NCBI GenBank assembly: GCA_001687465.1
Contig: LVLI01000534.1
Location: forward strand, 1-44,539
DNA: 44,539 nt
Source of the DNA: Halocafeteria seosinensis
Taxonomy: Eukaryota
Direction: 5' to 3'
Positions within the stretch are counted from its first letter, which is position 1. Each line of letters begins with the position of its first letter. The notes beneath the pieces are model-generated. The model worked only from the letters and a program-made list of their open reading frames with translations, had not been told where the DNA came from and made no database searches. Shown here one piece after another: positions 9,331 to 21,417 of the stretch. The position numbers and the translations under genes were made by a program.

Positions 9331-10502
9331 ATGAGTGGAAATACGAACGGAGAGACCAACAGTACCACTGGCGGCAAAGGCCAGGTGACTGTGAAGGCTG
9401 GTCTGGCCCAGATGCTGAAAGGTACGCTTCTGACGTGAGAACAGGGGTTCTCTTGTAGGCTCGCATAGTTACGAACTGCCGTATGCATTACGATTGGATG
9501 TTTATGGTTCAACACGTCGTTTGCTGGTGCCGATTGCAGGTGGAGTTATCATGGGTGAGTCAACATCATGGATGAACGATTTTTACTCCCCGTTTGATTC
9601 ATAATTATCTTCTCAACAGATGTCATCAATGCTGAACAGGCTCGAATTGCTGAAGAAGCTGGAGCTGTTGCAGTAATGGCCCTAGAGAGAGTGCCCGCAG
9701 ACATCAGAAGCCATGGCGGAGTAGCCCGGAGCTCTGACCCTGCGATGATTGAGGAAATCCAGCGTGCTGTCAGCATTCCCGTGATGGCAAAGGTTCGCAT
9801 CGGTCACTTTGTAGAAGCTCAAATATTGGAAGCAATGGGTGTTGATTATATTGATGAGAGCGAGGTGCTCACTGTGGCCGACGAAGAAAATCACATCGAT
9901 AAGCATAACTTCCAGATTCCTTTCGTATGCGGATGCCGCAACTTGGGTGAAGCACTGGTACGTTTATCGCGGACTCAGTTATATTGCGTTTGTCTTGCGT
10001 GGACAGATAACCCTTGCATTATGCACAGAGACGAATCTCCGAAGGAGCGGCCATGATACGCACCAAGGGTGAAGCCGGTACAGGAAATGTGGTGGAAGCA
10101 GTGCGCCATGCTCGTTGTGTGAATCGCGAAATCCGCAGAGTGCAAGGAATGGATGACTCCGAGCTGTATAGTTACGCCAAGGAAATTGGTGCCTCAATTG
10201 ATCTAGTCAAGGAAGTCAAGAGGCTTGGGCGTTTACCCGTGGTTAATTTTGCCGCTGGAGGAGTTGCCACCCCGGCGGACGCCGCCTTAATGATGCAACT
10301 TGGAGTTGACGGCGTGTTCGTTGGAAGCGGGATCTTCAAGAGTGGTGATGCTGAGAAGAGAGCAAAAGCGATCGTCAGCGCCGTGACGAACTATGACGAC
10401 CCAGCGACCATCTGGAAAGTCAGTCGGGGACTTGGAGAAGCCATGTCCGGAACTGGTGATATCAAGCATAGTCAGGTCCAATTCCGTGAACGTGGTTACT
10501 AA
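9331..10502 (+). CDS. PDX1: PLP synthase subunit (exons 9331-9421, 9540-9554, 9620-9957, 10029-10502)
   Basis: [87 protein letters not shown]. Confidence 0.97.
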
Positions 10503-10875
10503 ATTGTTTTCATGCTTAATCGATCTGCTGTCTTGTTAGGTCTCTCGAGGTTTGGATATGATGAAATGGACCGCTGAGTGCTCTCACCTCGACCACATAT
10601 AGAAAACTAAAAAGCATACAGCGTATAAATTCGCGATATCAAATTCCTTCATATCCATTCAAGATACGACAACTAACCTCCTTGAAAACATTTTGCTTCC
10701 GTGGCCTCAAGCTGAAATCTCTTCACTGCGCGGTGTGAAGCCGCTTGCCACAATTCAAATTAGAGTAGCCCCTCGATATTTTCTGTGCCATATAGTATTG
10801 TCAGCAAGACCATCGCCAAAGTCAGTCTCGACGCAGCGTGTCCTTTGCACTTGCACACAGTGGCATCGCTTTCGC

Positions 10876-12204
10876 ATGATGGCGTCGTCATCGGGGGCCA
10901 TGAATGGCCATAGCGGCCAGAAGAGACCGCGAGAAGATGGACAAAGTAGCGAATCCGCCACTAAGAAGGCTTCCATGACCTCCAATGAGGAAGAGCTTTA
11001 CGACAGACAGATCAGACTGTGGGGACTGGAAGCACAAGAAAAATTGAGAAATGGAGTTGTCCTCATCCACGGACTGAATCCTCTCGGTGTGGAGGTAAGC
11101 ATTGTTTCAAGGTGTTTGAATTCCAACCTCCAGACTTCTGTCGAATTTCTACTTGGGTCAGGCCGCCAAGGACCTCGCTCTCGCCGGGATCAACCTAATT
11201 CTCCTGGATAACGCGCTGGTGAAAGAAGGGGAATCGGAGCTCAATTTCGCCATAGGCGCGAAGTCAATCGGTGAAAAGGTATGTGGATGTGGCGCACTCC
11301 GTCTTTGCAGATATGGCACATTCCGGTTCTCTCTTAGGCAGAGGGCAAACGCCGCCTTTGGATTCATCAAGGAGTTGAATCCCTATATTGATTTAACAGT
11401 GCACGATGGGGACCTCCAACAACTGCTTGATTCTGGAAGCAGCCGAATCGATGCGGTTGTCGTAGCTGCCCCTGAGGGACTTGACATTGTACGTTACCTC
11501 CTGACGCTGGATGCCTGCGAAACTATGTGCATTGTATTTGTCCATTGCTGTAAGCAGACCAAAGTAAACGCTAGTTGCCGGCAACGTGGGATTGGGCTAA
11601 TGGTTGCTTCACTAGCCGGACTGTTTGGGGGAATCTTCTTTGATCTGGGTGGTGAATTCGAATTCAAAGTGTAAGCCTTGAGTCGTTGTCTCTCCTACAT
11701 ATTCTCTGGTACATTAACTATATTGCTTGCAGAAAGGGAGAAGAACAGACGTCAATTGAGTCTCTCCGTTACGTTACGTGGGAAGAGGCCTCCAAACAAT
11801 GTTGGGGCACGGCTGAGGAAAGGAAGAGAATCCGAAAACCTGAGTCCTATGCGGTGTATTGTATTTTGCGCCCATGGTTATTTCATTACGCTACACAATA
11901 TGAAATTAATGAGGACGAAAATGCTCTGAGAGATGAAGCATCGAAAACGGCCGAGACCAATGGCATCCCGAAGGACACCTTGCCATACGCGATATGCTCT
12001 GATTTGAAGCGCACGCACAAAATTGCTTTACCTGCAACTTGTGCTATATTGGGAGCGGTACTCTCCCAGGAAGTTATCAAAGCGATCTCCCATCAAGATC
12101 CTCCCATGTGCAATCTATTCGTCTTCGATGGGAGGACGGGGATGGGTCAAGAGGTGAATACGGCGGCCCCATATATCGCAACTCCAACCAAGGTCGTGTC
12201 GTGA
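10876..12204 (+). CDS. SAE1: SUMO-activating enzyme subunit 1 / Aos1 (ThiF family), 4 introns
   Basis: ELYDRQIRLWGLEAQ, GVEAAKDLALAGI, IKELNPYI, CAILGAVLSQEVIKAIS..DPPMCNLFVFDG. N-terminal basic patch QKRPR...KK. Confidence 0.88.
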
Positions 12205-12239
12205 GCTATAGCACATTGATAACCGAAAACCTGGCTGGC

Positions 12240-13630
12240 TTAGAATTGGTCCACCTGTTTCCTATACCCGTTGATGCGATCTACGGAATATTGTAAAAAG
12301 TCAAAATCTATGGGAGAATACTTCGCTTGAACTAGCGCCCATAAGCCCCAAAAGAAATGGCTGGCTAGGGCAAATTTATTGACAACGATGTACAGTTGAT
12401 CCAGGTAGGCTTCTTTGGATGTTTGATCCTCCTTAGCCGAATTCCAGTGCACGCTCTTTCGAGAATCTAGATAATGCTCAAAGAACCGATATTGACTCTG
12501 TTTGCTTGGGTACCATTTGTCTAAATCGAAGTCAAATCCGGCATACTCGCAGAAATGATTAGCAATATCAAAGCCAACGTAGTTAAAACCACCGTATTCA
12601 TAGTCAATGATCATTACCTCCTCCTTTCGAGGCATATGAAGTACGTTACCGCTGAGTAAGTCATTGTGACAGAACGCAACTGAAAAAGCGTCCTTGAGTG
12701 CTCCCACTCGTGCCTCTCTAGTTCTTGAGTCCGTTGTTGCTGCCAACGAGGAAAACAGGCCGTTCCCGTTCTTGTTTTCTTCTGAAGGGAGGCTCCGTTG
12801 TAAGTTACCTAGTTCCTTGTACACCCATTGTAGATTGAGACTTTCGACCTTCTGTTGACCTTTCTCGTCTTCCATTTTGATGTCTGCTGCCATGTCGTAC
12901 CACTTGTACAATGTCTGTAACCATGTATATACATGCACGTATCCCCGCTCGCCAAACTGTAGCTACAGCCAATTCTAACACTCACCTTCCACAACGATGG
13001 TTCACCATCTCCAGGCATGTGTAAATCATGCATTCTGGCGACTTGTTGCGCAATAAGTTTCTGGAAGTCCACAGGAGAAGTCTGCAAGAGAGAGATGAAA
13101 ACCCCCAGTTACCTAGCAAAACATGTAGGTAGACCGTCATGCTGCTTCCGAGCTTACTTTTCCCATTTCAGGAGGATCTAAGGGGCGACTTTCGACCCAA
13201 CCTTCTACTCGCCCATTGCCAAAGATGCCATACAGATGAGGACCAAACTTTAGGTCCGAAAAGTGCTTAAACACCTCTGCAGCGGACGTGTACACGTGGA
13301 ATCCAAGAATTACCATGGCAGCACAGCGAATGGGTACGTACGATTGTCCTTATCGCGGTCAATCAGCACCTCCGACTTCTCTCCAAAAATGCGGACCATT
13401 GCGGCATAATCCTCCTCCTTAGAATGGTCCTTATGATACACTCTATACAGCAGATTCGTTATCCCCCCACGGATTTCTTCAATCTCCAGTCGGTTCGATT
13501 CCACTCCGTTTGCCCAGGGACATAATTGAGACACCACATAGAAGATTCCCTCCCAAATTTCTTTGGGGTCCTTGTAATTCACCTCGAACTCCACAGAGGG
13601 AATGCTATGATCCGTATTTTTGCCACTCAT
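12240..13630 (-). CDS. Ethanolamine/choline kinase, 3 introns
   Basis: GGITNLLY, VRIFG, FGP.LYGIFGNGRVEGW, Brenner motif FCHNDLLSGNVL, IIDYEYG, FDIANHFCEYAG, LASHFFWGLWALVQ..S.IDFDFLQY. Confidence 0.93.
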
Positions 13631-14025
13631 TCTCCACACCGTATCTATCCTATGACGACATGCACCCCTTTACGAAGCACCCACGTTGTCCTTTCTCTCT
13701 CTCTCTCTCGAGCGACTACATGACAAACCTACCTGGTACTTAGGCGAATGTGAGTGCGTATATGGTAGGGTGCGGCACTGTGGTGGCAAGCTATGGCTTT
13801 GTGAAGTATCGCCTACGGTGCTTAGCAGCAACGGCACCTATGCCCGCGAAGAACCAACACGCAGACCCACAGACAACACAGGTTGTATTGGGAGATTTTT
13901 GTTTGATAAAGAATGCCAAGTTTCTTCACCTGATGCAGGGATGGATCCCTTGCGTCTTCCTTTGAATACAGCGGCATGTTTCTATTTGTTTCTCAACACA
14001 ACTAACAATCTTAATGCTAGTTAGA

Positions 14026-15723
14026 TTAAGCAAGGGCACCCATAGGATCCCATGGTGGCAAAAACGTGACCTCCCTCTGCATCCACGCTTCTTTAGCCTC
14101 TTCTGAAAGATCGGAGGTTTCGACTGCAAGTTGGTACACATGCTCAGAGAACCACTCGTCAGTCATAATGAGATAGCCCTCGTGGGGACTCTTGTCTCCC
14201 CAACTATTCTCCACCCTCCATCTGCGAAACAAGTTAACACACACGATTACCAAAGTAGGAACGGAAAGGCGAGCACGAAGCAAAACGTACTTAGTAACAG
14301 GCGACTTTTCGCCTGAGGAATGAGTATGAAACCCAGAGAACGCCATCGCATGCGTCATCATGGCGTCTCCGTATACCAACCGCATTCTCTTATCCATTTC
14401 CGGTTTCGCACCAAAGACGAGAGAATAGTCCAAGAGCTTGGTATCAAGTACTCCTGGGTTCGAAACCAAGTCTTTGGCGACGTCGCAACCGAACCAAACC
14501 AGCCGTCCACTTTCCAATTTGGCACGAGCCATTCTGCGTACAACTAGACGTTACCTAAGACAAGAAGTCCCATCCCATACGTGTCCTATTCATACCTCTT
14601 CAGCTCTTCGATTGGCAAATTCAGGTACCTCACGTTGTACGCCGTACCCACCACGTTTCCTAGACGAGACACTGAGTATAGCTTGTAATACTCATGCCGG
14701 GGATCATTAACAACTGAAACGAAGTCTTCCAAACGAACAGGGACCATTTCGTCGTAAAACTTGCGAGGTGTCATGTCCGTGTATGCGTGGTACTTTTTGT
14801 CCTTGTCATCTGCACCAAGTGTGATTGCTTACCACGTGAAGGGCCGTACTTTTACAGCTCTACACCCGTCTCGGCAGCTTACAATATATCCAGTCAAAGG
14901 ACTCTGGAGGTTGTCCCAAGTACACAACCAATATGCGATGTACCATCTCCATTATCTCTTTCCTAAACTTGACTAATTCGGAGGTCGACCCCTCGTTGGC
15001 CAGCTCCCGCAACTTGGGAGCCGCCTGAATGGAGTAATGCGCATGCTCATGAGCTCGGAAGCGGATAAGGAGAGCAACGTTGAACTTACGTCACGTAGTT
15101 TCCTTGTGATAAGGGAGTTCATGTGCCCTGGTTTCCCACAGGCTTCACTTTCACCGTACACGCTCTTGGGAACGACACCGTGTTTGGTTAAGAGAGCCTG
15201 GAACATGGCCAACTGACCGCCGTCGTCGAGTGGACTAGACAAAACTGCGTAGGTATTGGGAAGAAGGATAGGTGGTATCTTTATCGATTCCTCTGTGGTA
15301 GCACGTATACGCGGTTCAACACTTACGATGCATGACTTCTCTGGATGACGGTGCTTGGTCAGCCGTGTCGATGATCTGCTCCATGAAAAAGTTGGCCCGT
15401 TCCAGTTTGTCGTAGAAGAAGAGGTACGATTGGCTGAGTTCAAAATCTGAGGGCAGATTGTATTTTTCCATCATGGACTGTCGAAGGACATTCAGCGCCG
15501 CAAACATCCAGCAGCGTCCGGAAATGGATTGGTTTGTCGCTTTCCCCTCCGTTTTGACTTTGTGTGAGAACACATTGGTCAAGGACTGCATTCTCTCGCG
15601 ATCCACGAGAGCCTGAGAGGGGTGCGCCTGGGTGACGACATTCCTCGCCAAGCGCGCTGTGGAATCGTTGCGCAGCGCTGTGTTGCGCTCCTGCACCCAT
15701 TCATGCGTCAACTGATTCGCCAT
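14026..15723 (-). CDS. BLMH: Bleomycin hydrolase / aminopeptidase C (peptidase C1B), multi-exon
   Basis: TNQSISGRCWMFA (catalytic Cys), ELSQSYLFFYDKLERANFF, DGGQ, VWFGCDV, MTHAM (His), WRVENSWG (Asn), C-terminal PWDPMGALA. Confidence 0.96.
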
Positions 15724-16060
15724 AGTCTTTTTTTTCTCTTTTTTTTTTTCTGTCTCTCTCAACGCAATTGTTGTATTGCACGACGCAGTGCATGCACACT
15801 CTAGATTTCGCTTTCTACCAACAACACTAGAAACGCAACCTCAACTGCCTGTGAAACAGGTTCGTGAGGAAGTCGATCCTGCGACGTCAAGCGAGAAGCC
15901 GCTGCTGTGGTGGACCAATGGACCATATAACTTTGTCAAAGGTTTGCGGATGGTGGATTTGTCAGTTGGTGTATGCCGCTCGATAAGTGCATTAATTCTC
16001 CTAATTGACTAGAGAGACGAAAGAATGTGTATAAGGTAGACAGAGAGGAGAGGGAGGAGT

Positions 16061-17011
16061 ATGACACAACAACAGCAGCAGCAGCAGCAACTGAAACAGC
16101 GTTTTCGTAAGCATACGACGGAGATCCACGCTGTACCACCCCATCTCCAATTCAATCCGTATATCGAAAAAGGTGCGTCTTTCGCTGCACTGTTTCTGTG
16201 GAGTCGTCAGGACGATGCATGGATTGGTGCTGCAGGATATCGAAGAAACCCAATTTCTCCCGAGAACTGCGTTAAGGAACTTGTCAGCTACTTCCACAAT
16301 GAGCTTTTCAATATATTCAGCCACGGAATACAGCTTGTCATATGCTTTACTATGTTCTTACGGAAGCTTATGCAAGGCGAAATCTTGGAGCTTCAGCACG
16401 AGGTAGAATATGGATGGATTGAGACTTGCTTCTTGTTTGGAGGCATTTTAGTATTCGGAGGATCTGTGTTGTATCACACATTCTTATCAGCCTGTGAAAG
16501 TACAGAAGCATACAGACGATTGTTGTTGGTGGATGTCATGGGGGTGTGGTTGATTAACAGCATTATAACGTGGAAGTGCTTCTGGCTGACATTCTTCTGC
16601 TGGAGCCCGTACCTTAAACTCATCGCAATCGTTTTACCATTGGGTTTCGCATGCTCTATACTGTTGAATGCTACGAAAGCTTCTTCGAGGGGTGCCGCGT
16701 TTGCCTTGATGGCTGCATTCCGATTGGGGGTCCTCATTGTGCGTGTGCTACGGCTGGGTTACACATTAGATACGAGTGGAGGCTTTTACTTGTGGATTGC
16801 AGCTGAAATAGGTGGGTTCGTTGGTGGTCTCGTCAATGTTTTAAGGATTCCTGAAAAGTGGCCGAATCGCCCCCATTGGATCGATCTAGTAGGCAACAGC
16901 CACAACATCATGCACGTCTGCACAGTGATAAGCTACTGGATCGTTTGGTTTGCATTTTGGTTAGACGCAAAGACGGCTGTTACTCTGAAGAACTACCCAG
17001 TTTGCAACTGA
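16061..17011 (+). CDS. PAQR / hemolysin-III family 7-TM protein (intron 16173-16235)
   Basis: PPHLQFNPYIEKGYR after splicing, HNELFNIFSHG, SVLYHTF, DVMG, RIPEKW, GNSHNIMH. N-terminal Q8 tract. Confidence 0.92.
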   Translation: MTQQQQQQQQLKQRFRKHTTEIHAVPPHLQFNPYIEKGASFAALFLWSRQDDAWIGAAGYRRNPISPENCVKELVSYFHNELFNIFSHGIQLVICFTMFLRKLMQGEILELQHEVEYGWIETCFLFGGILVFGGSVLYHTFLSACESTEAYRRLLLVDVMGVWLINSIITWKCFWLTFFCWSPYLKLIAIVLPLGFACSILLNATKASSRGAAFALMAAFRLGVLIVRVLRLGYTLDTSGGFYLWIAAEIGGFVGGLVNVLRIPEKWPNRPHWIDLVGNSHNIMHVCTVISYWIVWFAFWLDAKTAVTLKNYPVCN

Positions 17012-17430
17012 TATGCTCGCAGAAGATTGTACACAATGCACTTATATCATTTGTGACATGTCAAAAATTAGCCTAGCAGCCGGCGCCGGGCACCCTCTTC
17101 TGAAGTTTTCGTCTGAGAGGCTTGCGGCACACTGTTGAACGCAATACACTTGTTTGATTTGTCGAACTATGGCGTTTCGTCCCGTCTTTCCTTAGAGAAG
17201 CATAGCGCCTTGGAACTTCCCCCCGCCCCTGTGTGAAGTTCGCGTCTAACTGTCGTTCAAAGTTGGAGCGAGTTCTGCCCTAGTCTCAGCCATTAGGACT
17301 GTGATGAATGGCTATTGTCAATAGGACACATATAATAGTATCGATTTAACGCAAAATCAATAACTGAACACCAAAACGTCCTGTGTTCATGTAGAAGGGA
17401 GCCAAGCAAGTGCTTAACTGCGCGGCAGAC

Positions 17431-18911
17431 ATGTCCGAAATCGGAGTGTCTCACGTGCATGAGGAGGGGCCATACGGCAAGAATGACTCCCATACGTCTC
17501 CCTCTATCGCGGCGATGAAATGCGAAAATGGTAATGGGTCTCCATGGGAGAAAAGCAAGTCCGAAGGATCTCGGTCGGAGCAGCGGCAGGATGGAAATGG
17601 GCACGAATACGCTGCTCAAGAGGAGATTCATGACGATACCACCGATTTGATCTCACCACGGAAGCGAATGAAACAATCCCCTACCCTCGTAGAAGAGGGC
17701 GCAGCCACAGCAACACCAGCTTTAAATGCGCTGAACGACGCCACTCGTGCAGTTAAGGACAATACCCCCTCAACTGCCAAGGATAGTCATACAAATGGCG
17801 ACAGCTCTCACGCGTCAGGTACGACAGCAACTCAGTGTACTCTTCAGACAGAGACGAGCGGCCGCTCGTCCAACGTACCTGCAGGCCCTGTGTACAGCTT
17901 TAACGACAGCAGCGAAGCCGTGGCAAACAAGGGAAACAACCGCAAGTTCACTCCAACAACTTTTGGTAGGGGATATCACATGGGATTGTTTGGTGCAAAC
18001 TTGCGACAAGGTATATCTGGCGGGTTTGGGGCTATGCCGCGGTTCGGTAGTTGGTTGTCGACGTCTGACGATCGCTCAGGGAATGGTAATTCGAGCGCGA
18101 ACAATGCTGATGGTAAGGGTGATAAAAATGGAAACGAAAAGTCGGCCCTCACTCTTAGCGTGACGCGCACAAAGGACGGTAAAGACTACAACGAAATGAA
18201 TGAAGAGGAACGAGAACGTTTGAGGGCGGAAATGGCTTTTGAGATCCACATGGGCGATCGCATAAAATGTGAATGCTGCAAGAATGCACACAAGCGCTGG
18301 AAGGAAGAGTATGAGAGCGATGGTAAATACGACAATCCATATGATTATAAACAAAAATACCAGAGGAAAAAAGAGACCATCGAGGACTACTATATTCAGA
18401 AAGTGAAAGAACAATATCGTGCCAAAATTCAGCGAGTGGACGATGATGAAAAGGGTCGCATTATGATAGCGAAAGAGCCTCTTAAGAAGGGAGATTTTTG
18501 CTGTGAATACCGGGGCCAGCTGATCCCTGCGACGGAAGCGTATGAGAGGGAGGAAACGTACGCCGAGTTTGATTTCGGGTGCTACATGTATTATTTTGAA
18601 CACAACGGGATGAAGCATTGGTAAGATTGGTCCAGTGCGTAGTTTGATATGTTTGAAGTTTACCCAAACGTACATACTTGTGCTGCAGTCTCGATGGAAC
18701 AGCTGAGCGCCCGGACTACGGAATAGGAAGGCTCATTTCTCACTCGCGAAAGAACCCGAACTTGCGTACAATCAAGTTAGTCATAGAGCATATACCCCAT
18801 TTGGCATTTATTGCGAAGAGAGATATTGAGAGTGGAGAAGAGTTGGCCTACGACTATGGCGACTATGACGGCGGGGTTACATCTGAACTTCAGTGGCTCA
18901 ACAATTCGTGA
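17431..18911 (+). CDS. SET-domain lysine methyltransferase, SETD8/PR-Set7-like (intron 18621-18688)
   Basis: KGR.MIA...KGDFCCEYRGQLI, EREETY, GCYMYYF, CLDGT, GRLISHS..PN, IAKRDIESGEELAYDYGD...WL. Long disordered N-terminus. Confidence 0.88.
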
Positions 18912-19016
18912 AGAGCATTTGTTCCGTTGGTTCCCTGCCGGCCAAATTCTCCGGAGTTTCTTGCTGAAGATATCTCTGGGTGGAGGACAAGGAGCAATCA
19001 CAACCGGTGGGAGGAC

Positions 19017-20227
19017 CTAACGTGCATTAAGAATACCGCCAAAGCTAATAGATATTCGTCCTGAAAGTATTGTTGCGGAGCTTGTCATTTTGATCCGAAG
19101 ATCTCCACCTCGGCGAGAGGCTTGTAAGGCTCGCAAGGTGGATCTGCTAAGTGTTTGACCCCAGTAAGGACCGAGAACAGTGTGGGAACTCCCATTTACC
19201 GGATCCTCGGGAATGCCGTTCCATGGGCTGAAATCTGTGTGTGAATTTGTATAATAGTATCATGGCTGTCTGGTAATTATCTCTAGGTCTCGCATAATGC
19301 GTAAAATAACTTACACCTCGAGCAGAAGTCGAAGGCACGGCTAGTAGACTTGAGGGTAACAGAGACCCCTTGCACCTTCATTCGGTCGTCTACAGCGGAC
19401 TGGTCTACTCTCAGCAGTGCGTCTGTATTTGGTGACATCGTCTGTAGTGCATCTAGCGTTACCTCATCATTTAATCGTATAATCAATTTATTCGTCGCTG
19501 AAGAATGTAGCACTTCTTGACAGGGGAGGTCGCCGACAGTCTGAGAAACAGTGTACAACGTCACTATTGGACCGTGTATGTTCCACTGATCTTAAGACTT
19601 ACGTAGTCTATAATCTCTTGTAAGGAACTGGTAATCTCCACAGGAGTTGGTGGATTTCGCGGGAACCGCATTGACACCGCATCGTGATCATCTTGATCAA
19701 CGGAGACAAACAAAGGACCACTAAGGCTGCGAAATTCTATCTCAGCGTTTCCGTTTTCCTTGACCCGCAATAAAACACCGGCCGCGGCCAAGGTTGCATG
19801 CCCACAAAGTTTCACTTCTGTTGTTGGGGTGAACCATCTTATACTAAACACCTGCGCAGACTAAGCGGACGCCACGCTAAGACACTCTAGTCATCCACCC
19901 CCTCGCCGGACCCCTACCTTGTCTGATGACCAGCGCTGTGTTTCTTCATCTTCCTCCTGTCCTTCGGATAAAGGCTGCAACGACTTAAAGTGAGTGTTAG
20001 CACTATCGATAAAACTCATACGTATACCTGTTGAAGAGCTAGAATATCCATACCTGCACAAACGTTGTTTCGGATAGGTTGATTTCCGAAGCAATCCGTT
20101 GCATTTGCTGTTCAGAGAGTTCTGTATCTACCGGCACCAAGCAGATAGCCGCAGGATTACCTGTAGGTTCCCATCCGGCTTGTCCACTGCTTCTGAGGCT
20201 GAATGCATCGGCCTTGTACAGCTCCAT
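19017..20227 (-). CDS. PhzF / phenazine biosynthesis-like (PBLD-type) isomerase family, ~4 introns
   Basis: DAF...GNPAAI, MQRIASEINLSETTFV, IRWFTPTTEVKLCGHATLAAA, DFCSRYFSPWNGIPEDPVNGSSH, QASRRGGDL. Stop at 19017-19019. Confidence 0.92.
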
Positions 20228-21417
20228 TTTCCCACTCTGTCCAGGCCAGGCGTAGATGGCGGTCCCACTATCGTTGAGGGGCCCCACAAAATCCTATTCT
20301 GCCTTCTTTACAACCAGAACAGATAGGAATCTGCCATAGGGCACGTATCATACGATGCTTCCAGTTCACAGCAACTTCACACAAAGTTCACATGCTTGCT
20401 AAGATTGGTCCAAAGACCGAGAGGCATTCAACGAACGGGCTTCTCGCAGGAAGAACTAAACGGGAAGTGAGCTGGACGGGGAGACATGAGAATAGCAGCG
20501 CTGCTTTTCGTGGATACCGGTCCTCCGTTAAAGGAATACCCGTGGTTGCGTTTAGCTGGAAACCCATGGTACATTACTGTTACTCCTAAAAACTATCAAA
20601 GAACTTCAGGCTGAGTAGAATTCAATGACTTCAGGAAAACAACAAATCATGCAATGTAAAAGAAATTTATCAACGTGGGAACAAGGATGCGGAAGACTTC
20701 CTTCAGGTTTGGCCCCATGTGAAGTTCGTTCGTCGTTTTGATTTGACGAAAACAGGACAGGAGAAGCGTCCCCTGTTAGTACAGATGGGATAATGAACCT
20801 TGTATCCAGTATGGTGAGTACAAGAAGACATTGATCAGAGTAACTTTAGCTTCTTGAAGTCTTGATGAGATCACTGCGCTGCTAGTCCAGAGACGAGGTG
20901 CTTAAGAAATTTCACAACGTGGGGAGGTTGTACTGTTCTATCTCCGCATCGCCCCGCTGGTTCGTCTTGTATACAAACAAAACAATACAGCAATGAATGA
21001 AATTGATGACGACTCGTTCTATGCCACCTACTATTGCTGGTGGGTGCATTCGCATTCCTAGCGGGGGCACAAGCAGTTTGCTTGTATGGCCACAACCCAC
21101 ATCGAATAAGCTTAAAGTTGTTTGTATTGCTATCATTTTCAAATATATTCAACCGAGGATCATACTTAGAGAATTCAGCGATACACACCATACAGATTGT
21201 ATCGTACAGGCGGTTTGCCAACACCTTCTCTCGGAAACTTCACAACATGCTCTTTGGTGGGATTCCAATCATTCCATGGAAAGCCAACATAGTCGCACTC
21301 TTTGGCACGGAATGTGGTAAGCCAAGTACACAGTGGAATTTTACTAGCCTGGTATAGGTTCACAGGATTGGGGCATTATTAGTCACTCACATGGAGTGGA
21401 CGGCACAGTTGAAATAG

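Noticed and set aside
7182..12204. Functional ubiquitin-like cluster (UBL5 plus SAE1)
   Set aside because: Hub1 acts non-covalently in splicing and is not activated by the SUMO E1. The genes are separated by the PDX pair, so proximity is likely chance.
13640..14024. Short ORFs and a (CT)n tract between the kinase and BLMH
   Set aside because: Non-ATG or short frames with no recognisable motifs; ordinary promoter/UTR sequence.
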